Shown here in pieces: positions 57,747 through 64,000 of a DNA stretch of 64,000 bases. The first letter of the stretch is position 1; every line of letters starts with the position of its first letter. A program made the translations under genes and the position numbers. Under the pieces are notes generated by a model. The model saw nothing but the letters and a program-made list of their open reading frames with translations. It searched no databases and was not told where the DNA came from. This stretch comes from Methanoregula sp. SKADARSKE-2 (GTDB lineage Archaea > Halobacteriota > Methanomicrobia > Methanomicrobiales > Methanospirillaceae), in assembly GCA_030919125.1 (NCBI GenBank), contig CP121470.1, forward strand, positions 1,532,391 through 1,596,390. Direction: 5' to 3'.

Positions 57747-58372
57747 TCAGGTATCCTCATGGACGGACCGTTTTATCTGTGTCGGTTCCTGCCGGGCCTG
57801 CCCGATCGCACGGTTTGGGGGGAGATCGTCCGCACAGATCTTCTGGCAGGTGGCGTGGAACTCGTTGGCACAGCGATGCGCGCCAGCGGCAGAGAGTCCC
57901 CGAAGTGCTGACCCGCCACCGATACCGGGATCGATCCCGCCCATCGGGTGGTGCCGCCCTGGCGGGATCGGGATTGGATCCGGCATGGGGTCCACACCGG
58001 CAATATCCATCGGAGACTGCCGGATGCCGGGGTGCACGCAGCCGACTTCGAACCCCATCTCTCTGCGATCACGGTTATGATCGACCGTCCCACGACACCC
58101 CGGGGCGTGTCCTCGATTGAGTGCGGGGCGTACCGTGCCATCTTCCATTCGCCCCGGTTGTTTTTGATCCCGCCCTGACCGGGAACATTCATGAGCGAGG
58201 CGTTCATCCCACCCTGGGCGGTGACCGAGGGGGACCGGAGCGGGTACACTCGGGGGATGGCCGAACAGGAGATCCCGGCACGGTCGATCTGAAGTGCGGA
58301 CCGAGGCCCAGTAACTACCCCGCCATGGATGTTTACATCCTGCTCGTGTACTACAGGCGCGTCCGTCAACAA
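57747..58372 (-). pseudogene. Succinate dehydrogenase / fumarate reductase flavoprotein (SdhA/FrdA/TfrA-like) relic
   Basis: Eroded FAD-binding start (DV...GG..TG.RSALQ...YPLRSPSVTAQGGMNASL) joined by deletion and frameshift to PGIRQ..MDIAGVDP...PIPI.PG.HH.MGGID...GL.AAG; about 0.63 kb remains. Confidence 0.7.
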
Positions 58373-58412
58373 AATTTCCTCCTTTGTGCCTGCACTTCTC
58401 CATCATGGTAGA

Positions 58413-59468
58413 TAGGACTTACGCGTTTGAAGGCAGATTCGAACAAGAGATATTCATCACAGCACTACAAAAATAATCAGATTAGAACGCCGTGGAAGCG
58501 ATAAAGAGAGAAGAAGCGGATCGATGAATCGAGCGTTTCGACTCGTACCAGCTGGAACCTGTATTCAATCGATGGGTTTCGAGGCGAAGAAATGCCAGCA
58601 ACGAGAGCAGAATATGTCCTTGTTGAACAACCTCTTTTGGGACGTTTCCGATGCATCGAGAATATCGGTAGCCCAATGTTCGGGTTCCTTATCAGAGTGA
58701 ACGATCCTAAATAGCTTGATGAAACCGTATTGTCTCAGATGAACAACTCTTCCTTCGGGAGGAATCTCAATCTCAGAAACTGAACGGTTGTACGTATTAT
58801 CAGGATCAACCAACCGGTTGGATTTGAGACGGGTACACCAATGCCACTTCAGCGTGCGGATCAATTTCAGGTTGGCGATACTCGAATACCACGAATCAAA
58901 GATGACACATCCCGGCTGAAACTTTCTTTCTTTGGCTGCTCGTAGCATATCCCGGAAATGATCATTTTTGTTTTTCCCGTCTTTGTCTGGACAATAGATC
59001 CGGAAATCTACCGAAACTATCGCAGAACCATCAGTCCAAATGGTTGAGATTAGGTTGATTCCCTGAACTACCCGATGATGCTTCCCACTCCAGTGCCGGG
59101 TCACCAGTTCAATCTGATGGGAATACGGTTTGTCGAGGGTACTATCATCGATTACCAATACTCCTTCGTTAGCCCGGAGCAACCGTTGCGCTTCCTCATA
59201 CAGCGCCCCCGTGTGGTGAGGCTGGCTGCCTCTCTAACAAACGCTTGACGGAAGCGTGAGCTATTGATACTGGTTCAGCGGGAAAACACCGGGATGCCTC
59301 TGTACACGAGCAAACCTGATACGTCGATATCAGAAAGTTTACAAAATTGCCGCTCGTGCATTTCGGTGGATTCACTCTCGTTCGATCTCCATCCCGGGTT
59401 GGTCTAACCCTTGGATGGGCGCTACTAACTCTTAGATCTTTCGGTCAAAACCAAGGGCGTAAGTCCTA
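58413..59468 (-). mobile_element. IS701-family insertion sequence (degenerate)
   Basis: 12-bp terminal inverted repeats taggacttacgc (58413-58424) / gcgtaagtccta (59457-59468). Confidence 0.75.
58482..59375 (-). pseudogene. IS701-family transposase pseudogene
   Basis: MNPPKC...SCTEASRC, LVIDDSTLDKPY, IFDSWYSS; frameshift near 59215; the segment between ASET and KEVVQQGHI is deleted. Confidence 0.82.
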
Positions 59469-59738
59469 GTTTATAAGAACCGGATACCGGATAAATCTAA
59501 GCCCCGCGCTCATAATCATTTGTGCAACACAGCAGCCCGGGCAGGAAATTTATTTTGCATTTACTTTCAAGGTTCCTGATCCAGCACATCCCTTTACGAT
59601 GAACGCCGCCCCCGAAGGGGCGCCCCAGCTTGAAAGCGTTTCCTGGCCGACCTGACTTAATCAGCAGGAGGGAGGATTATTCGCAAAAGTTTTGAAAATA
59701 TTTGCTCTGTAGAAAAAAAGGGAATTCTGAATCCCGGA

Positions 59739-59915
59739 TTAAAACCGGGGTTTACGGTGCTTTGGAAGACATTCCCTACAATATACCGGCCGCCCTTCAG
59801 TGGGCTTGAACGGTACTTCGCACTCTTTCCGGCAATCGGAACAGGTGACTTTTGTCATTTCCCTGGATCCGCCGAAATCTCTCGGCCCTCTCTTCTCGGA
59901 TCTGAAATCTGGCAT
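59739..59915 (-). CDS. CxxC-x17-CxxC zinc-finger protein (58 aa, below the ORF-track cutoff)
   Basis: MPDFRSEKRGPRDFGGSREMTKVTCSDCRKECEVPFKPTEGRPVYCRECLPKHRKPRF; exact CxxC-x17-CxxC spacing with VPFKP..GRPVYC. Confidence 0.9.
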   Translation of the reverse strand: MPDFRSEKRGPRDFGGSREMTKVTCSDCRKECEVPFKPTEGRPVYCRECLPKHRKPRF

Positions 59916-60014
59916 AGGTTCCTCGAACAGTACTCTCTACTGTCGCCAGATACTTACCGTCATGGGTTAAAAAAAATTGTGGTTCTCGCCGGACAAATGC
60001 CGGTTGAATGGGGA

Positions 60015-60296
60015 TCAGTCACGATTTTTATACGCGGCAAGGAGACCTTCTGCGTATTCGGCACTCTTTCTTGCGGGTATGTAGTTGAATTTCTGGACCA
60101 GTCTGAGTAATTCCGCGGAAACTTCGGTCTCATCCGAGAGGCCGAGATTCGCTACTTCGGAAAAAATCCAGTCAAGGCGATCTATCCCGGTCTCCTTACC
60201 AGCGATAGGGATGCGTCTGATGGTGATACGATCCGGGGGAATCCCCCCGCAGATTGAACAATATGCCCCATCTTTTCCATCGTCTGTCATGCTCAC
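60015..60296 (-). CDS. Hypothetical protein with CxxC motif
   Basis: YCSICGG...GKETGID...NYIP; 4-nt overlap with the cupin gene. Confidence 0.7.
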   Translation of the reverse strand: MSMTDDGKDGAYCSICGGIPPDRITIRRIPIAGKETGIDRLDWIFSEVANLGLSDETEVSAELLRLVQKFNYIPARKSAEYAEGLLAAYKNRD

Positions 60297-60667
60297 TCCT
60301 TAATCATGACAAGGATCATCTTGAATTTGGTGATAGCCGAGAGCGCATGGGGTACATTTGCAGGGAAGATAATCGTCTCGCCAACGGTCATCCGGCAGGT
60401 TGTCCCTGCCACCCACACCTCGCACTCGCCATCGAGAATTGTCACCATGGCATCGAACGGTGCGGTGTGCTCCGAGAGACCCTCATTCTCGTCAAAGGAG
60501 AAGAGGGTTATATTCCCGCTCTTCCGAGAGATGATCATCCGGCTCGCAACGGTCCCTTCCTGGTATTTTACCAGGTCAGGAAGCCGCAGCACTTTTCCGA
60601 CAAGTTCGCCGCGTTTACGCTCATGTCTCTCAAGATCTTCGGGGGTTACCGGTTTGTACTCGGCCAT
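60293..60667 (-). CDS. Cupin-domain protein
   Basis: TLFSFD..EGLSEHTAPFDA...G...PANVPHAL; start taken at MAEYK. Confidence 0.85.
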   Translation of the reverse strand: MAEYKPVTPEDLERHERKRGELVGKVLRLPDLVKYQEGTVASRMIISRKSGNITLFSFDENEGLSEHTAPFDAMVTILDGECEVWVAGTTCRMTVGETIIFPANVPHALSAITKFKMILVMIKE

Positions 60668-60814
60668 GGGGAACACATCTTTGTTTGAGAATAGGCGCCG
60701 GGAATATATAGTTCCCCTTTTCCCAACAGGTATAAAAGTTCCAACCGAAGAAAAAAGGATAATCAGCCCCGGGATCTGCAAGGGAGTGAATACCTCCCGG
60801 GAAGGACCGGGACG

Positions 60815-61038
60815 CTACGCTTCGATATGGATTATTCCAACCGGGCAGAGTTCTGCCGCATTCCAGGCACACGTTTCCTGATCTGCAAGCGGGGTTCCCT
60901 CTGCGTTGTTCTTGTTTATCCTGAACCCTTCAAGGATCTGCGAGAAGGAGACGTCCGGATTCTGTTCGAAGAAATCCGGACAACTGTCCCAGAAGTTCCC
61001 GCAACTCACACGATCTCCCTTTCAATGGTAACTATCAT
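60815..61038 (-). pseudogene. Single-cluster ferredoxin pseudogene
   Basis: MIVTIER then a 1-bp loss; first Cys apparently CGT (Arg); ..SCG...CPDFFE...AAELCPVGIIH. Confidence 0.72.
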
Positions 61039-61119
61039 CTTCTACCTTCCTCCAAAAGACCACTACGTCCTGGCTCTTCACACCCTTTTTGTCTGCACCG
61101 ATATAAGATTTTGGCCCGG

Positions 61120-62931
61120 TCATCCCAGTCTCAGCTCCGCAAGTTTTGCCGGTGTCGGTATGCCTTCCGCATCCCAGCCGCGGGCTGCATAATATTCATC
61201 GAGAAGCGGTTCCCGCCTCCAGACATGGCCCGCAGGATCTCCCTCATTTAATGGTTCTGTCAGCAGCCGGCCCGGCAGGGTGTCATCCGCTTTCGTATAA
61301 CCGACCCGTACATTGAACAGCTTCTGGACATTCCAGATCCGTTCGCCGATCCGGAGAAGTTCCGACTCATCAACGGGCATCCCGGTCACCGCGGTAACGA
61401 GCGCCGCATAATCCGGTGCACCCATGGGGGCCCGTGAGGTACACAGGCAGATCCCTGCTGCATCGATTGCAGCAGTTAGATCCTGGAACGTTTTGGTCCA
61501 GACCGCTTTTCCTTCGTTCGTAAACGGATCAAGTTTCTGGGGGAGTCCGAGGACTTCCGGGGAGACCATGTACCCATTGATGTGATCTCCGCCCCTGACC
61601 CCGGTGGCATAGCTGATGCCCTGCCCCTGGAGGCCCCGCGGATCATACCCGGTAAGCTCCTGTTTCTTGACGCTCATCGAAAGTTCCGGGTGGCCGTATT
61701 TCGAAGCAAACCGGTAGGATCCTTCGGCCATCTCGTTCCCAATCCCTCCCCGGTACCCCATTTTTTTGACAAGATCGTACATCCGGGGCCCGTCCCCAAA
61801 CGCGCTCTCTTCCCGGATGAAACCCCGCTCTGACATCTCCATCGCGCAGGCGACCGTCACACCGGCCGATATCGCGTCAAGACCAAGCTCATTGCACGCA
61901 AAGTTTGCCCGGGTAACCCAGAGGAGATCATCGACACCGCAGTCGGCACCGAGAGCCCAGGCATTCTCGTATTCAGGGCATTCATTTTCAATTCCGTCAA
62001 CCTTTGTCCCGCGACCGCATGCGATGAAACAACCATAACACGGCTTTCTCCGGACGAGAAGGGATTTTGTGAGGGCTTCTCCGGAGATATTCTCTGCACC
62101 GGCAGTGGGTGGTCTGGTGATTATTTGTCGGAAGGATGTAGTTGTTGTTGATAAGATTCATCAGGACCTCTGTGCCATAACTCGCGAGTCCCTTGCTCGT
62201 AACCTGCCCGTCCTGGATCTTCTTCCGGGCAGACATAACTGCCTCTTTGAATGCGGCTGGTTTTGCAATTTCAATCCTTCCCGAACCCCGGGCTGCAACG
62301 GCCTTGAGCTTCTTTGAGCCCATGACTGCCCCGAGCCCCCCCTGCCTGCTGCCCGGAACTGGTCGCTCATAATACAGGCGATTCTCGACAATTTCTCACC
62401 GGCAGACCCGATGCATGCGACCCTGACATGCGGATCGGCGAGATCACTCTGGATACCGGCAGTTGTCTCGGTAACAGTCATTCCCCAGTATGGTGATGCG
62501 TCACGGATCTCCGCACTCCCGTGGTGGATCCAGAGGAAGACCGGTTTTTTGGATTTCCCGCTGAACACGACTGCGTCGAAACCCGCAACTTTCAGTTCGT
62601 GGCCGAAGAATGCCCCACGGTCTGAGGAGCAGAGCGTTTCGTTGAGCGGGGACTTGGAAACAACCTGGTGCCGCCCACCGAGTGGGACCCCGGTCCCGGT
62701 GAGCGGGCCGGTGGCAAAGACGATAACATTTTCCGGTCCCAGCGCGTCTGCATCTGCGGGGACGAGATCTCTTGCCAGTTTTACGCCAAAACCCCTGCCC
62801 CCGAGAAACTGACGCTTCAGCTCTTCGGGAACGGGTTGTCGGTTCACCGATCCTCGTGAGAGATCAACGAAGAGGATCGATTCTGCATATCCATCGGATT
62901 CTGTCACTTGTATCACCCGGTCTACCGGCAT
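61120..62931 (-). pseudogene. aor: Aldehyde:ferredoxin oxidoreductase (AOR family) pseudogene
   Basis: LGGRGFG, ATGPLTG, KSPL, RAAGRGG/LGAVMGSKKLKA, PEYE, GLDAIS, GYDPR, YYAARGWD; frameshifts near 62338 and 62105. Confidence 0.88.
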
Positions 62932-63065
62932 TCGTCCGCGCTCTTCTTCTCCCCTCTCCGGGTTTTCGACCCATCCAATGGAAAAATTCCAACGGGAGAG
63001 ACGGCAGGGCTGAGAAGAGAGCACATGTGGCCGTGAGAGCGCAATACACCTGAAAGGTAATAAAG

Positions 63066-63740
63066 TTAGCTTAACAAAAATCCGGTACTGCGGAAGGGCC
63101 GTTTTTCCCGCACTACAAAACCCTGTTGAGGGAAGAAGGGGAGCCAACCGACGAGTTTCAGAATTACAGAGGGAACGTCAAGACATACCAGCGTCGGGAG
63201 AAGGAGATAGCCGGCGAAGAGTTTGAACGGGGTGGCCATCCCCGGGTTTATCGCAACAAGAAGGTTCTGGGGATTTCCGATGGGGCTCATGACACTTTTG
63301 GGGGTGACGGCAAACGCGAGGGTAAGAAGGAGAAGCCGGGACCGGATCCGGAATTCCCGGCCATCCCGAGCATAGAGGTCCCGATGTTTGCCAGGGTATC
63401 GTTCATGAGCAATGCAAAGAGATGCCCGGGGCCCAGGAGAATTGCAAGGATCAGGTGATCGGGGGGGTTTGCCCTGGGGAGGAGGAGGTGTGCAAGGGTT
63501 GCAAGGTACCCGCCTCGACAGAAGAGCTCCGCAAACGATGAACATTCCGAACAAGAAGAGGTGGAGACCGGGATTTATCGCGGTTACCGCATCGGGCAAC
63601 GAGATTTGCCCGGTAACGAGGAGCGCGATTGCTCCCCCGAGCATAATCTGCCAGATTCTCAGCTTGTACCTTCCTACCTGCCGGATAGCAATCAGCAGGA
63701 AGACTGCGGCAAGAACGACGATTGCGAGATACGTACCCGG
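63066..63740 (-). pseudogene. ArsB/NhaD-type anion permease, truncated pseudogene
   Basis: IWQIMLGGA, FLFGMF, LMNDTL, SPIGNPQNLLVA motifs; frameshifts; stops after about half the expected length. Confidence 0.7.
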
Positions 63741-64000
63741 GATCTTTTCCGATTATTGGAGATGCGTTAGTATTTGTTCCGGTAATCGGGAATAGCCAAA
63801 TCTTCCGGAAGGAGAGAAGGTTTTTCCTTCAGGCTGCTCTGGCTGTTCTGGAAAAGCAGGGGGTGGGAGAGATGCGGGGATTAAAGCGATGCGGGTTTTT
63901 CCTCGCGCCCGACATGCCAATGCAGGAGAATTCCCGCCTCGATCCGGTGTGCTTCCGTAAGCGTGAGTTTTGTAAATTCCGACTCTTTGAAAAATCCGGT

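Overview
64 kb of a methanogenic archaeal chromosome, most consistent with Methanomicrobiales (Methanoregula-like). This is an inference from the gene set: tbp, tfs, archaeosortase A, NikR with Ni/Co ECF transporters, bacterial-type gyrAB and recQ, and AMP-forming acetyl-CoA synthetase. No rRNA, tRNA or CRISPR array was found. The dominant signal is selective genome erosion. About 17 of roughly 55 recognisable host genes are broken by frameshifts, nonsense codons, large deletions or IS insertion. They include the RecQ HRDC domain, a pentameric ligand-gated channel homolog, alanine dehydrogenase, a UbiA-family gene, BtuC, a TIM barrel in the cobamide-uptake operon, a second archaeosortase, a ferritin-like gene, ADP-forming acetate-CoA ligase, pirin, an SdhA/FrdA flavoprotein, ferredoxin, AOR and an ArsB/NhaD permease. 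Long core genes (gyrA, gyrB, acs, rpiA, tbp, Ni/Co uptake) are intact. There are 7 IS copies from 4 families (IS5 x3, IS481 x2, IS630, IS701) plus two orphan IS-end remnants. This pattern matches early reductive evolution, as described for protist-endosymbiotic methanogens (inference). Several relics and one 58-aa zinc-finger gene are absent from, or not recognisable in, the supplied ORF track. I found no clear new defence or mobile system. The best candidates for under-described biology are a cobamide-uptake operon with a possible CbiR-like remodelling enzyme and an archaeosortase-anchored binding protein, an ECF module apparently shared by Ni and Co S-components, and the archaeal ligand-gated channel relic. 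All family assignments come from motif recognition by eye; no database searches were run.
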